This document shows positions 18,250-29,097 of a DNA stretch of 64,000 nt, in pieces. Each line of letters starts with the position of its first letter. The first letter of the stretch is position 1. The stretch is from Methylobacter sp. (GTDB lineage: Bacteria > Pseudomonadota > Gammaproteobacteria > Methylococcales > Methylomonadaceae). The DNA lies in assembly GCA_036560465.1 (NCBI GenBank), contig DATBRD010000054.1:3261-67260 (forward strand), read 5' to 3'. Under the pieces are notes generated by a model that saw nothing but the letters and a program-made list of their open reading frames with translations, searched no databases and had not been told where the DNA came from. A program made the position numbers and the translations under genes.

Positions 18250-18348
18250 ATGTTATTTGATATTGTACTTGCAGGTGTTTTTTGCATAGCTGTTTTTTGT
18301 GCGCATGTTTTTATCAAAAAAATAATGACTGATGAATTAAATTCATAA
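18250..18348 (+). CDS. Candidate 32-aa single-pass membrane microprotein (below ORF-track cutoff)
   Basis: GAGGG RBS 5 nt before ATG; encodes MLFDIVLAGVFCIAVFCAHVFIKKIMTDELNS; followed by a long hairpin. Confidence 0.45.
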   Translation: MLFDIVLAGVFCIAVFCAHVFIKKIMTDELNS

Positions 18349-18379
18349 ACAGGCATTTTGAAGCTGCCAAAAAAGTTAA

Positions 18380-18428
18380 AGCCGGTTGGATTTCTTGGCT
18401 ATGGGAGCCAAAATAAATCCAACCGGCT
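18380..18428. terminator. Long hairpin between convergent genes, probable terminator
   Basis: AGCCGGTTGGATTT / AAATCCAACCGGCT arms enclosing TTGGCT / AGCCAA. Confidence 0.55.
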
Positions 18429-18475
18429 GGATTGAGCGATAAGTATACTCAGAGGCTTGGTATTTACGTGATGGC

Positions 18476-19807
18476 CTAATGAATCTCCAGATCGGATGTT
18501 TCATTGGGGTAAATCTGGACAAAGACGATGCGCGATTCATTCATTTTCCTGACAACGACATCGAATTGTCTAAATTCAATTCTTTGACCTTCTACCGGAA
18601 TATTGCGCAGTTTGGCCATGATAAGTCCGCCGATCGAGACTTCATCTTCCAGCTCAAGCTCTTCATTCTCGATATCAATTCCCATAATCCGCTCCAGCGA
18701 AAATATCGGCAGGCTGCCTTTGCCGATCAGGGTGCCGTCATCGAGCCGCGTCCAATCATTGTTGTTTGGACGGAATTCGTCGCGTATCTCGCCGACCACC
18801 GCGCTCAACAAATTATCTAGGGTGATAAAGCCTTGCGGTTTTTGCCCTCTCTGGCCAATGATGGCGAAATGCGAAGTGCCCGTGCGGAATTGACGGAATA
18901 ATTCCAGCGCAGGCGTATGGGGCTGGATGTACCGGACAGGCCGCAAATAATTGCTCAAATCATCAATTGATTTACCTTCCTGCTGAGCGAAAAATAAATC
19001 TTTTAAATGAATCACTCCCAGCACATCAATATCGTTAGTGTCGAAATAGGGATAACGGCTGTAGCGCTTTTGCGACATGGTTTGCAGGTTTTTTTGCAAG
19101 GACGCATTGCGATGCAAGGCAGCGATCTCATGAATAGGTCGCATCAGGTCGGACACCTCGAGCTCACTGAAATCAAGCGTTTTCGCCAGAATATTCCATT
19201 CGTCGCGGGTAAATCGGTCATCCGGACGGTTGCTGCGTAAAATAAGTTTAAGTTCGTTTGCCGAATAATGGGCATCATGGTCATGAGCACTGCTCAGACC
19301 CAATAAGCGCAATACTAGATTGGCACTGGAATTCAGCAGCCAAATTGCAGGGTACATCAGCCAATAAAACCCATAGAGCGGCACGGCGCTCCATAAGCCA
19401 ATTTTTTCAGGGTTACGGATGGCCAGCGATTTCGGTGCAAGTTCACCGACTACAATATGCAGAAACGAGATCACTGAAAAAGCGACAGCGAATGAGATGC
19501 CGTGGATCATTTCCAGTGACGTGATGTTTATTTTGGCGAATACGGGTTCCAGAAGATGGGCGAATGCCGGTTCGCCGATCCAGCCCAGGCCAAGCGAGGC
19601 GAGCGTAATGCCCAACTGGCAAGCCGATAGATAGGCGTCGAGTTTTGCGTGTACCAGTCCTAGAATGCGTCCGCGCCAGCCATGTGTTTTAGCAATCGAG
19701 CGGATGCGCGTTTGCCGAAGTTTGACGAGGCCGAACTCTGCGGCCACAAAAAAGCCGTTGAGTGCAACCAATAACAAGGCGGCAACGAGCGGTAAAAAAT
19801 GGTTCAT
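18476..19807 (-). CDS. HlyC/CorC (CNNM) family transporter: DUF21 + CBS pair + CorC_HlyC
   Basis: LNGFFVAAEFGLV, CQLGITLASLGLGWIGEP, GELAPKSLA and YSRYP motifs. Confidence 0.93.
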   Translation of the reverse strand: MNHFLPLVAALLLVALNGFFVAAEFGLVKLRQTRIRSIAKTHGWRGRILGLVHAKLDAYLSACQLGITLASLGLGWIGEPAFAHLLEPVFAKINITSLEMIHGISFAVAFSVISFLHIVVGELAPKSLAIRNPEKIGLWSAVPLYGFYWLMYPAIWLLNSSANLVLRLLGLSSAHDHDAHYSANELKLILRSNRPDDRFTRDEWNILAKTLDFSELEVSDLMRPIHEIAALHRNASLQKNLQTMSQKRYSRYPYFDTNDIDVLGVIHLKDLFFAQQEGKSIDDLSNYLRPVRYIQPHTPALELFRQFRTGTSHFAIIGQRGQKPQGFITLDNLLSAVVGEIRDEFRPNNNDWTRLDDGTLIGKGSLPIFSLERIMGIDIENEELELEDEVSIGGLIMAKLRNIPVEGQRIEFRQFDVVVRKMNESRIVFVQIYPNETSDLEIH

Positions 19808-19956
19808 ATGACCTTAAGTTTTAGTGAAAAGGGAGTATTAACGTCGTCGAGCACGCAGGATGGCGCTAGTTAAAGCTAATATGCCAAAGGATGCAATAGA
19901 AGTATCGATTTAACTGTACTCGTTAAGCGTGTGTTTTAAAACCATTGCTTCCTATT

Positions 19957-21285
19957 TTATTGCATATGAGTCTGTTCTTGATAATGCTGGCTATACCAAA
20001 CAAATCCAACTGCTGTCGCCATCATTAAGGCGGCAAAAAACCAGAAATAGCCGGCTCCGGCAAGATCGCTGGAGCCGTCCGGATTGCCGATGACAAAATT
20101 CACCGCACTGGTGAACAGGTTGCCAAGCGCAACTGCCGCCATATAAAGAGACATTACCAGAGATTTCATCGTTTTTGGCGCCTGGGTGTAGGAGAACTCA
20201 AGGCAGGTGATCGAAACCATCACCTCGGCAGACGTCAGCAACAGGTAAGCCAGTAATTGCCAAAAGATGCCAGGCTGAAAGCCCGCATCTATACGCAGCT
20301 GTATGAAAGCGACCAGCACAAACGACAGGACCGTGAGGAACAAACCGATCGCAATTTTGTTCAAATAGCCCAGGCTAATATGGTTGCCCAGTTCCGGATA
20401 TATGTATTGGTGAAACAGTGGTATAAGCAGGACGATCAGCAATGGATTGGCCGCCTGGATCTGCGACGGCAATATCTCGATGCCGAATACGAGTCTGTCC
20501 ATATGCTGGGCCTGCAAAACCCAGGAGGAGCTGTTCTGGTCGAACAAGGCCCAGAACATCGCAATAAACAGATAAATCCCGCTCAACCGGCCCAGAAGAC
20601 GTCGGCCTTCGTTGCTCAGTGCTTCACGTACAAAATTCATGCCGGATGGGGGAATATGTACGAATTGGTACCGCCCCGACCAGAATAGCAGTGTTGCGAA
20701 CAGCATTAACAAGCCAGGCACCAGAAATGCAATCGGCGCGCCTTGAGTTTTGAGCAACCACGGCGCCAGCAGCATGGAAATAAAAGCGCCTAAGTTAATG
20801 GTCAAATAAAACCAGCTGAACACCTTGCCTAGCAAGTGCCGATTGCCGACGCCAAACTGGTCGCCGAGATGCGCTGATACACAGGGTTTAATGCCGCCGG
20901 CACCCAATGCGATCAATGCCTGTCCCACCAGCAAGCCCGTCCTGGTATCATCCAGTACCAGGCAAAAAAGGCCTAAGCAATAGACGCTGGATAATAAAAG
21001 GATAGTCTTGTACTTGCCCCATAAGCCATCGGCCAGCACTGCACCTAAAAGCGGCGTGATATAGGTAACTGAGACGAACAGGTGGAAATAGGCTTTGGCC
21101 TCGGTTGGATCCATCGGTGCCAGCCTGCCGTCGGCGTTCATCAGGTATTGCGTCATGAATACGATCAAAATGGCCCGCATGCCATAATAGCTGAAGCGCT
21201 CGGCAAGTTCGTTGCCGATGATGTAAGGAATGCCGGAAGGGACTTCAGAAGAAGGAACGGGGGCGGTCAGGTATGGGATTTTCAT
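19957..21285 (-). CDS. Proton-dependent oligopeptide transporter (POT/PTR family)
   Basis: ELAERFSYYGMR (ExxERFxYY), GGIKPCVSAHLGDQF and FYLTINLG motifs. Start placed at ATG 21285 after GAGGTG. Confidence 0.93.
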   Translation of the reverse strand: MKIPYLTAPVPSSEVPSGIPYIIGNELAERFSYYGMRAILIVFMTQYLMNADGRLAPMDPTEAKAYFHLFVSVTYITPLLGAVLADGLWGKYKTILLLSSVYCLGLFCLVLDDTRTGLLVGQALIALGAGGIKPCVSAHLGDQFGVGNRHLLGKVFSWFYLTINLGAFISMLLAPWLLKTQGAPIAFLVPGLLMLFATLLFWSGRYQFVHIPPSGMNFVREALSNEGRRLLGRLSGIYLFIAMFWALFDQNSSSWVLQAQHMDRLVFGIEILPSQIQAANPLLIVLLIPLFHQYIYPELGNHISLGYLNKIAIGLFLTVLSFVLVAFIQLRIDAGFQPGIFWQLLAYLLLTSAEVMVSITCLEFSYTQAPKTMKSLVMSLYMAAVALGNLFTSAVNFVIGNPDGSSDLAGAGYFWFFAALMMATAVGFVWYSQHYQEQTHMQ

Positions 21286-21542
21286 AAAATGATGCACCTC
21301 ATAAATTTTAATGCCGTTTCCGCAAATTGCCGCGCTTCCCATAAGGCTGGAACGGGAGCAGGGCGTCTAGACCTGCCTGCGTCGGAAAGCGTTAAGCGCC
21401 TGCATGGAGGTTAACATTGAAGAGGCATTTGACGATGCCGATCAGCGATCGTTTGACAGATACTGTTGTGGCCGTCAGGATAAAAGATAAAGACGGCCAC
21501 TGCAATGTTGATAGGTATGCGTCATTGCATCCTAGGCATGCA

Positions 21543-21938
21543 CTATTTAGCTTTAACCAGTTCTTTGTCGCCGCTGGAAAAGTGGCATTGTTTTACGGTA
21601 AAGGAGCTGCAATCTTTCGATTCTTCAATTTTTGCGCCGTTTGGGTTGAGCTTTATTTTCAGTTCGCAAAAGCTGGCTTCGCTTTCAGAATGTTTTTTCA
21701 TGACCAGCTCGTTTTCGCCGGTGCTTTTGGCTTTACCAGTAATAGTCTCGGAACAGTGAGCTTTTTCAGTAGCAGAATCAAAATCCACATCAGCGCTGAC
21801 AACGTAATCATCGTTGGGTATTTTGGTCACTTTAAGATGACGAACAGTGTCGCCATCGCGCAATACATAATGATCGGTAGCGGCGCTTACGTTACCGGAA
21901 ACCAGCAGCGAAATAGTCAGAAACAAAGTTTTTTTCAT
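21543..21938 (-). CDS. Hypothetical secreted protein, 4 Cys
   Basis: Signal peptide ending VSA|A and a hydrophilic mature domain; more gene-like than the overlapping antisense ORF. Confidence 0.75.
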   Translation of the reverse strand: MKKTLFLTISLLVSGNVSAATDHYVLRDGDTVRHLKVTKIPNDDYVVSADVDFDSATEKAHCSETITGKAKSTGENELVMKKHSESEASFCELKIKLNPNGAKIEESKDCSSFTVKQCHFSSGDKELVKAK

Positions 21939-22253
21939 GATGTTACCTCTTGATTGATTAAAATTTGATCAACATGGTAGCAGGCGATGCTTTGTTGCTG
22001 TTCATGTCGTCTTCGATGTATTGGCACAACTGGCAATTATTGTACCTTACTGCAAGCGGTTACTAAAAGGCGATGTAACGAACTACAAGTAGGCAGGCAA
22101 TGCGCCGGCATCGTGTTTATAGCTCGTACATTAGCCTGTTTATGCGATTATAATGTTGAAATAATTCCAGCTCTTACAGGCTGTATTTTGTGGCGCAACG
22201 CGCCTTAACTGTATATTCCTCGCAGTGCGTGGAAATGAGACATAAGATTTTTA

Positions 22254-25200
22254 ATGGCTAACAATTTGATTTTCTCACCGCAAATTCCGCAACAAAATGA
22301 TCAAACACTCATCTGGACGGGTTTGACGGGCTGCGGCGACTCTCTGGCGCTGGCTTCGGCCATTAAAAATGAAGACCGCCTGTTTGTTATTGTCACGTCG
22401 GATAATCAGACCGCTTTGCGGCTTGAGCATGAGCTATCATTCTTCCTGCAGAACGAGCATCCTATTTTGCATTTCCCTGATTGGGAAACGTTGCCTTACG
22501 ATGTTTTCTCGCCGCTGCCGGAAATTATCTCGGAACGTTTGAAAACGCTGGCGTTGTTGCCGCAGGTGAAACGCGGCGCGCTGGTGGTTTCGGTGACGAC
22601 ATTGATGCACCGATTGGCGCCCCGTGAGCACGTCTTAGCCAACAGTTTTGCGGTTAAAGTCGGCGATGATTTTAACCTGGAGCTGAATCGTATCAAGTTG
22701 GAAAGCGTGGGGTACCATTGCGTTTCTCAGGTCTATCAGCACGGTGAATTCGCGGTCAGAGGCTCGATAGTCGATTTGTTCCCCATGGGTAGTAAGGTGC
22801 CGTACCGCATTGAATTATTCGATGAAGAAGTCGAATCCATCCGCACCTTCGATCCTGAAACGCAGCGGTCATTGGAAAAAATCGACCGGATTCAGTTATA
22901 CCCTGCGCGGGAGTTTCCGTTTACCGATGAGGCCATCAAGCGTTTCCGGCAGGCCTTCAGGGAGGCTTTTCCGGAAACTTCCCCCAAGAATCATTTTTAT
23001 CTGGATGTCAGTAAAGGCATCGCACCCGGCGGCATCGAATACTATTTGCCGCTGTTTGTAGAGCAAATGGCGTCCTTGTTCGATTACCTGCCGAAATCGG
23101 CGGTGTTGGTGACGTCAGATAGTTTCGATGCCACATCGCACGCTTTTTATGCCGAAGCCGAGGATAGGTTTCAGCAACGGAAATACGATGTGGACAGGCC
23201 GCTGCTGAAGCCGGAACTGTTATTTCTGTCGACAGATGAGCTGGCGCAAAGAACCGGGGCATTTGCCAGGATTATTCTCGACGGAATGAATGCAGCAGTA
23301 ATTGTCGAGGGCAGTATTGCTTTTAACTGCCGTCCACTGCCCAATGTAACCATCGATGCCAAGCTGGAACAACCTGCCCAGGCATTGCAGCAATTTGTTG
23401 ACAGCTTTGCCGGCAAGATTTTGTTTGTCTCGGAATCGGCGGGTCGCCGTGAAGCCTTAATGGACAAATTAAGGCAGTACAAAATTACCGTAAAGCAGGT
23501 GGAAAGCTGGGACAAGTTTCTGCAATCCGAAACATCGCCGTGCCTGAAGGTCGCGCCGATGGATCATGGCTTATGGCTTGATAATCCTGCGCTTGCGATC
23601 ATCACCGAAAGCCTGCTGTCCGGCGAAAAAGTCCAGCAGCGGCGCAGACGCCGCAAATCCGGGGCGCATGAGCTCGAAAATATCGTCAATAACCTGAATG
23701 AACTGACCATCGGTTCTCCGGTCGTGCATCAGGAACATGGCGTCGGCCGCTACTTGGGCTTGCAGACCTTGGAGATTGGCGGCATCGCCTCCGAATTTCT
23801 GACCCTGGAATACGCGAACAACGACAAGCTTTATGTGCCGGTTTCGTCCTTGCATGTGATCGGTCGCTATACCGGCATGAGTCCGGAAAATGCGCCATTG
23901 CATAAGCTGGGCGGCGATCAGTGGAGCAAAGCCAAGCAAAAAGCCATTAAGCGCATCCGGGATGTCGCCGCGGAATTGCTGGAGATTCATGCCAAAAGAG
24001 CCGTCAAGCAAGGCCATGCCTTTGCGGTTGAAAATGTCGAATATGCGGCTTTTGCCGATGCGTTCCCGTTTGAAGAGACGCCGGATCAACAGACCGCCAT
24101 CGAGGCTATACTGGAAGACATGGCTAGCCCTCATCCGATGGACCGGGTTATTTGCGGCGATGTCGGCTTCGGTAAAACTGAGGTGTCGATGCGTGCGGCG
24201 TTTATTGCCGTGCAAAACGGCAAGCAGGTGGCGGTTTTGGTGCCGACCACGTTGCTGGCACAGCAGCATTACCAGAATTTCCGCGACCGTTTTGCCGACT
24301 GGCCGGTACGTGTCGAAGTGCTGTCGCGTTTTGTCACGCCAAAACAGCAAAAAGAGATTAGCGATGATCTGGAGCAGGGCAAGGTCGATATTGTGATCGG
24401 TACGCACAAACTGTTGTCGAAAGAGATCAAGTACAAAGCGCTGGGATTAGTGGTTATTGATGAAGAGCACCGTTTCGGCGTCACGCAAAAAGAGCATTTC
24501 AAAAAGCTGCGCAATGAGCTGGACATGCTGACTCTGACCGCAACACCGATTCCGCGCACTCTGAACATGGCGATGTCGGGTCTAAGGGATATTTCCATTA
24601 TCGCCAGCCCGCCGCCTAATCGGCATGCGATCAAAACTTTTATCAGCGAATGGATCGATGCCCAGGTCAGGGAAGCCTGTTTGCGTGAAATCAAGCGCGG
24701 AGGACAGGTATTCTTTTTGCACAACGATGTTAAATCCATGGAGAAAATGGCCAGGGAATTGGGAACGCTGGTGCCTGAGGCGCGGATTGAAATGGCGCAC
24801 GGACAAATGCCGGAGCGTGAGCTGGAGCGGATCATGCTGGATTTTTACCACCAACGCTTTAACCTGTTGCTGTGTTCTACGATTATCGAAAGCGGTATCG
24901 ATATTCCCAGCGCTAATACCATTATCATTAATCGTGCCGATAAACTGGGGTTGGCACAGCTGCATCAGTTGCGCGGCAGGGTAGGGCGTTCGCATCATCG
25001 GGCTTATGCCTATTTTGTCGTGCCGCCAAAATCCTTGTTAAGTAAGGACGCTGTCAAGCGGCTTGAAGCGGTTGAGGCCTCCGGCGATTTGGGTGCCGGA
25101 TTTATGCTGTCGTCGCACGACATGGAAATCCGCGGCGCAGGCGAATTGCTCGGTGATGACCAAAGCGGGCAAATTCAGGAAATCGGCTTTACGCTGTACA

Positions 25201-25727
25201 CCGAGTTACTGGAGCGCGCCGTCAATGCGCTTAAATCCGGCAAACAGCCGGAACTCGACACACCGATAGACCGGGGGCCGGAAGTCGATCTGCAAACTTC
25301 TGCGTTGATTCCGGAAGATTATCTGCCGGATATTCATGGTCGCTTGGTGTTATACAAGCGTATTTCCAATACGGAAACTAAGGATGATTTGCGCGAGTTA
25401 CAGATCGAAATGATCGACCGTTTCGGCTTATTTCCGGAACCCGTGAAAACGTTGTTCAGCGTCACCGAATTAAAGCAGCAGGCCGAAAAGCTGGGCATCA
25501 AGAAAATAGAGGCCAACGCAGGCGGCGGGCGTATTATTTTTTCAGCGACGCCTAACATTAATACCGATCAATTGATTTCCCTGATACAAACCCAGGCTCA
25601 GGTTTATAAGTTTGATGGCGCCGATAAGTTAAGGTTTATCAAGCCGTTTGAATCGACCGAGCAGAAGCTTGAGTTTATAACCGAGCTGCTGGATAAATTA
25701 ACCATCAAATTGGCGGATAAAAAATGA
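22254..25727 (+). CDS. mfd: Transcription-repair coupling factor
   Basis: UvrB-homology N-terminus, VVHQEHGVGRY, GDVGFGKTEV, DEEHRF and QLHQLRGRVGR motifs; 1157 aa. Confidence 0.99.
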   Translation: MANNLIFSPQIPQQNDQTLIWTGLTGCGDSLALASAIKNEDRLFVIVTSDNQTALRLEHELSFFLQNEHPILHFPDWETLPYDVFSPLPEIISERLKTLALLPQVKRGALVVSVTTLMHRLAPREHVLANSFAVKVGDDFNLELNRIKLESVGYHCVSQVYQHGEFAVRGSIVDLFPMGSKVPYRIELFDEEVESIRTFDPETQRSLEKIDRIQLYPAREFPFTDEAIKRFRQAFREAFPETSPKNHFYLDVSKGIAPGGIEYYLPLFVEQMASLFDYLPKSAVLVTSDSFDATSHAFYAEAEDRFQQRKYDVDRPLLKPELLFLSTDELAQRTGAFARIILDGMNAAVIVEGSIAFNCRPLPNVTIDAKLEQPAQALQQFVDSFAGKILFVSESAGRREALMDKLRQYKITVKQVESWDKFLQSETSPCLKVAPMDHGLWLDNPALAIITESLLSGEKVQQRRRRRKSGAHELENIVNNLNELTIGSPVVHQEHGVGRYLGLQTLEIGGIASEFLTLEYANNDKLYVPVSSLHVIGRYTGMSPENAPLHKLGGDQWSKAKQKAIKRIRDVAAELLEIHAKRAVKQGHAFAVENVEYAAFADAFPFEETPDQQTAIEAILEDMASPHPMDRVICGDVGFGKTEVSMRAAFIAVQNGKQVAVLVPTTLLAQQHYQNFRDRFADWPVRVEVLSRFVTPKQQKEISDDLEQGKVDIVIGTHKLLSKEIKYKALGLVVIDEEHRFGVTQKEHFKKLRNELDMLTLTATPIPRTLNMAMSGLRDISIIASPPPNRHAIKTFISEWIDAQVREACLREIKRGGQVFFLHNDVKSMEKMARELGTLVPEARIEMAHGQMPERELERIMLDFYHQRFNLLLCSTIIESGIDIPSANTIIINRADKLGLAQLHQLRGRVGRSHHRAYAYFVVPPKSLLSKDAVKRLEAVEASGDLGAGFMLSSHDMEIRGAGELLGDDQSGQIQEIGFTLYTELLERAVNALKSGKQPELDTPIDRGPEVDLQTSALIPEDYLPDIHGRLVLYKRISNTETKDDLRELQIEMIDRFGLFPEPVKTLFSVTELKQQAEKLGIKKIEANAGGGRIIFSATPNINTDQLISLIQTQAQVYKFDGADKLRFIKPFESTEQKLEFITELLDKLTIKLADKK

Positions 25728-26251
25728 TGATGCTTAAAATAATGGCTTACAGTCTGGCAGCAATGCTGTTTTGCAGCCCCGCTTTAGCAGAAAACAGCGC
25801 CTATCAGATAGAGTTGATAATTTTTTCGCAGGCTATGCCCAATACCGAAGTCTTTGAGCAAACGACCAGCGAAATCAGCTGGCCGTCTGGCTTGACTGAA
25901 CTGTCCGCTTATAACAAACCGGATGCCACCACGATGGACGACAGTTATGCGGCATTAGCTAAAGATTCGGCTTACAAGCCTATCATGCATGTTGCCTGGG
26001 TTCAGCCGGTAGCGGCAGGGGGGGTGAGCGCTCCTGTTCATATTCAGGGTTCCGACGGAAAATTGAATGGATATCTTCAAATCCAACCGGGCCAAGGATT
26101 ACAGTTGGCTGTTGATCTGGAGCTTACCGCTAATTCGGGTGATGGCTCGGTAATTTATCGGCTAAATGAAAAGCGCTCCATTAAATTGAACGACATCTAT
26201 TATCTGGATCATCCAAAGTTTGGCGTTGTTGTCAAAGTTAGTCCTCTATAA
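25724..26251 (+). CDS. CsiV-like periplasmic peptidoglycan-binding protein
   Basis: Signal peptide, YQIELIIF, HVAWVQP and YYLDHPKFGVVV motifs; the usual position downstream of mfd. Confidence 0.75.
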   Translation: MMMLKIMAYSLAAMLFCSPALAENSAYQIELIIFSQAMPNTEVFEQTTSEISWPSGLTELSAYNKPDATTMDDSYAALAKDSAYKPIMHVAWVQPVAAGGVSAPVHIQGSDGKLNGYLQIQPGQGLQLAVDLELTANSGDGSVIYRLNEKRSIKLNDIYYLDHPKFGVVVKVSPL

Positions 26252-26539
26252 GATTTAGAGCCCAAGCGCGGGCATTTTTATCCAGAGATACGCGCTAAAA
26301 AATAGTGCTAAGCGGTTTTTTATGTTATTAAAAGGGATTAACCTGGACGTTAACATACAGCGGCGGGATTAGGGGCATTCGTTAGTCCAGTTTGGATTGT
26401 CCAAATATTGACCACAGGTTTGCCTTTAATATGTATCTGACTATTTATCTGGGGTTTGATAAAGAATAAACGGGTTAATAAGTTTGCTACAGGGATCGCA
26501 AATACATTGTTAGCTGAGATAATTAACTGAGGAAGAATA

Positions 26540-27070
26540 ATGAAAAGAAAAGAGATAATCCCGACGAGTAAGGAACGGGTGATGCGGGAAAATGACTTTA
26601 TCGTTTCCAAGACAGACCTGACCGGTCGGATTACCTATGGAAACGAGATATTTATCGAGTTTTCTGGATATCAAGAGTATGAGCTTCTGGGCAGCCAGCA
26701 CAATATCATCCGCCATCCCGATATGCCGCGAGCGGTGTTTAAGTTGCTGTGGGATTATTTGGCAGAAGATAAGGAAATCTTCGCCTTTGTTAAAAACATG
26801 TCAAAGGATGGCGGATTCTACTGGGTGTTTACTCATGTAGCCCCCATGAAAGACAAAAACAAACAAAAGGTCGGCTACACTTCTGTCCGACGCATGCCTA
26901 ATCCCAAGGCCATTCCGATTGTGGCTGATGTGTATCGTGCAATGCTGGAGGCCGAACAAAACGCCGGGCCGAAAGATGCCATAGCTGCTTCAGGAGCTGT
27001 ATTGGCCAGTGTATTAAAAGACAAGGGCGTCACTTACGAGGAGCTTATCAATGTATTACAGTCGCTTTAA
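26540..27070 (+). CDS. Stand-alone Aer-type PAS sensor (CetB-like)
   Basis: [25 protein letters not shown] (FAD-binding Aer PAS), FVKN...FYWV and YTSVRR motifs; no TM or signalling domain. Confidence 0.88.
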   Translation: MKRKEIIPTSKERVMRENDFIVSKTDLTGRITYGNEIFIEFSGYQEYELLGSQHNIIRHPDMPRAVFKLLWDYLAEDKEIFAFVKNMSKDGGFYWVFTHVAPMKDKNKQKVGYTSVRRMPNPKAIPIVADVYRAMLEAEQNAGPKDAIAASGAVLASVLKDKGVTYEELINVLQSL

Positions 27071-28811
27071 GAATAATGAGAAATTCGCGTTAGTGGCTAT
27101 CGCTATTGCATGGCTGGGGTCGCTGGTTTACGGGTGGATGTCTGCCTTGAGTGGAGCTGGGGAAGGGTTTATCGCGCCCTCTTTACTGACGGCTGGAGCA
27201 GTTTTATCCATCGCTTGGTGGCGCAAATCAAAATCAGCCGACCAACAATTGCTGGAGAAGCTGCTTAGTGTGAGTCAGGAATGGAGGAAAGGGTCGGTAG
27301 ACGTGCGGCTTACCCATATTGGCGGGAAAGAGCGGAAGCTTCAACAGCTTGCCTGGTCGCTGAATGATTTGATGGATCAAGTGGAAACTGCGCAGATCGA
27401 TATGCATTATTCGATGGCCTATGTTATCTATGGCGATTTTACTCGAAAGAGCTATCCACAAGGCTTGCATGGTGGGTTCGCGACGGCTCTGAAACAGCTT
27501 AATGCAGTCGCAAAAACGCTGGCTATCACCACAACCGCCATTACCAAGCTGATGAACGCGATGGCTGAAGGCCGCTTTAATGAAAAAGTTGAAGTTAATG
27601 TCGAGGGCGAATATAGGCTTGCGGTAGACAAAGCTATGCAAGCCATGCAGGCCATGCAGACTATGCTGGGAGATGTCGGCAAGGTTATGGGCAATGTTGC
27701 TCAAGGCGACATTAGTCAGCGTGTTCAAGCCGAAGGACACGGAGATCTCCGTAAATTAAAAGACGATATTAACCTTTCACTCGATGCTCTGGGTAGCCTG
27801 GATGATATATCACTGATTGCGAGCGCGTTGTCCGAAGGTGATCTGACTAAAACTATCAACAAGCACTATCCTGGCACCTTTGGCACAGTGATTGCCAGCA
27901 TGAACGGGACTGTGGAAAACCTCAGGGGGTTGGTAGGAGAAATCAAAGACTCCACCATTAACATTAACACCGCAGCTAAAGAAATCGCCGCGGGCAACAA
28001 TGATCTCTCGCATCGTACCGAAGAGCAGGCCGCGAGTTTGGAGCAAACCGCCGCCAGTATGGAAGAATTGACTTCCACAGTGCAGCATAATGCTAAAAAT
28101 GCCCAGCAGGCTAATCAGCTTGCGGTGGGCGCAACGGATATTGCCGGCAAAGGGGTTATAGTAGTTGATCAGGTTGTGGGAACGATGGAGGGTATTAATG
28201 AATCCTCGCGCAAGATTGTGGATATTATCTCGGTGATTGACAGCATTGCCTTTCAGACCAATATTCTGGCCCTCAATGCCGCCGTGGAAGCGGCTCGCGC
28301 CGGCGAACAAGGGCGGGGTTTTGCCGTGGTGGCTGGAGAAGTGCGTAATCTTGCCCAGCGCGCTGCCGCTGCCGCTGGAGAAATAAAAAATCTGATTGGC
28401 GATTCGGTAGAAAAGGTTGAAGACGGCACCAAGCTGGTTGCCCAGGCCGGGAAAACCATGGAAGAAATTGTTAGCGCCATTCGCGGCGTTACGATCATTA
28501 TGTCCGAGATCAGAACCGCCACTGTTGAACAAACGTCCGGTATCGAGCAGGTCAATCAGGCTATTGGACAAATGGATGAAGTGACTCAGCAAAATGCAGC
28601 GTTGGTGGAGCAGGCTGCCGCTGCAGCCGAATCACTGGAAGAACAGGCGCAAAATTTGTCGGTTACAGTAGGACGTTTTACTGTTGATACTGACGCACAT
28701 AGCTCTCCAAGCACTCCTCGAGTAACGCCGGCGGTCAGTAAAAGTCCAAGACAGGCTCCGGCAAAACCTCAGTTACAGCCAGCCGTTAGTGAAGAATGGG
28801 AGGAGTTTTAA
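27051..28811 (+). CDS. Methyl-accepting chemotaxis protein, two adjacent TMs and no periplasmic sensor (CetA-like)
   Basis: [39 protein letters not shown] hairpin, HAMP-like repeats and a C-terminal EEWEEF pentapeptide. GAGGAG lies 7 nt before the ATG. Confidence 0.95.
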   Translation: MYYSRFKNNEKFALVAIAIAWLGSLVYGWMSALSGAGEGFIAPSLLTAGAVLSIAWWRKSKSADQQLLEKLLSVSQEWRKGSVDVRLTHIGGKERKLQQLAWSLNDLMDQVETAQIDMHYSMAYVIYGDFTRKSYPQGLHGGFATALKQLNAVAKTLAITTTAITKLMNAMAEGRFNEKVEVNVEGEYRLAVDKAMQAMQAMQTMLGDVGKVMGNVAQGDISQRVQAEGHGDLRKLKDDINLSLDALGSLDDISLIASALSEGDLTKTINKHYPGTFGTVIASMNGTVENLRGLVGEIKDSTININTAAKEIAAGNNDLSHRTEEQAASLEQTAASMEELTSTVQHNAKNAQQANQLAVGATDIAGKGVIVVDQVVGTMEGINESSRKIVDIISVIDSIAFQTNILALNAAVEAARAGEQGRGFAVVAGEVRNLAQRAAAAAGEIKNLIGDSVEKVEDGTKLVAQAGKTMEEIVSAIRGVTIIMSEIRTATVEQTSGIEQVNQAIGQMDEVTQQNAALVEQAAAAAESLEEQAQNLSVTVGRFTVDTDAHSSPSTPRVTPAVSKSPRQAPAKPQLQPAVSEEWEEF

Positions 28812-29097
28812 GCAGGCTGTCAGCAGTTGATGGGTTGCCGGAACAACTTTGCTGTCGCACACGCGAAAACGGGGAGTTCCGGCACACTGCACGGCAAACT
28901 GGAAGCGCAGTTCCGCGCCTACACTTTTTGTTTAAACACTCTTCGGGTTATAATAGTGACTAATACTAAGCCTTGGTCTATTGTCCAGGGCTTTTTTCGT
29001 TGCTGTATGGTGGCTTAGCACCGCCGTTCCGTCCCAATAAAATCAAGAAACGGGGGTGTGGCCTCAGTGATTTTTAAATGATTTAGCTGTTTAAAAT

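Noticed and set aside
21343-21415. GC-rich segment upstream of the POT gene with fragments resembling the 6324-6398 insert
   Set aside because: The matches are only 7-9 nt and cannot be distinguished from chance.
21417-21953. 178-aa plus-strand ORF
   Set aside because: It is antisense to the secreted protein at 21543-21938, which has a signal peptide and more plausible composition.
23571-24407. 278-aa antisense ORF
   Set aside because: It lies wholly opposite mfd and has no motifs; a codon-bias shadow.
27810-28592. 260-aa antisense ORF
   Set aside because: Shadow of the conserved MCP signalling domain.
28827-29018. 63-aa ORF between the MCP and miaB
   Set aside because: No RBS or motif; it spans hairpin-like sequence and a TATAAT at 28949-28954 that more likely belongs to the miaB promoter.
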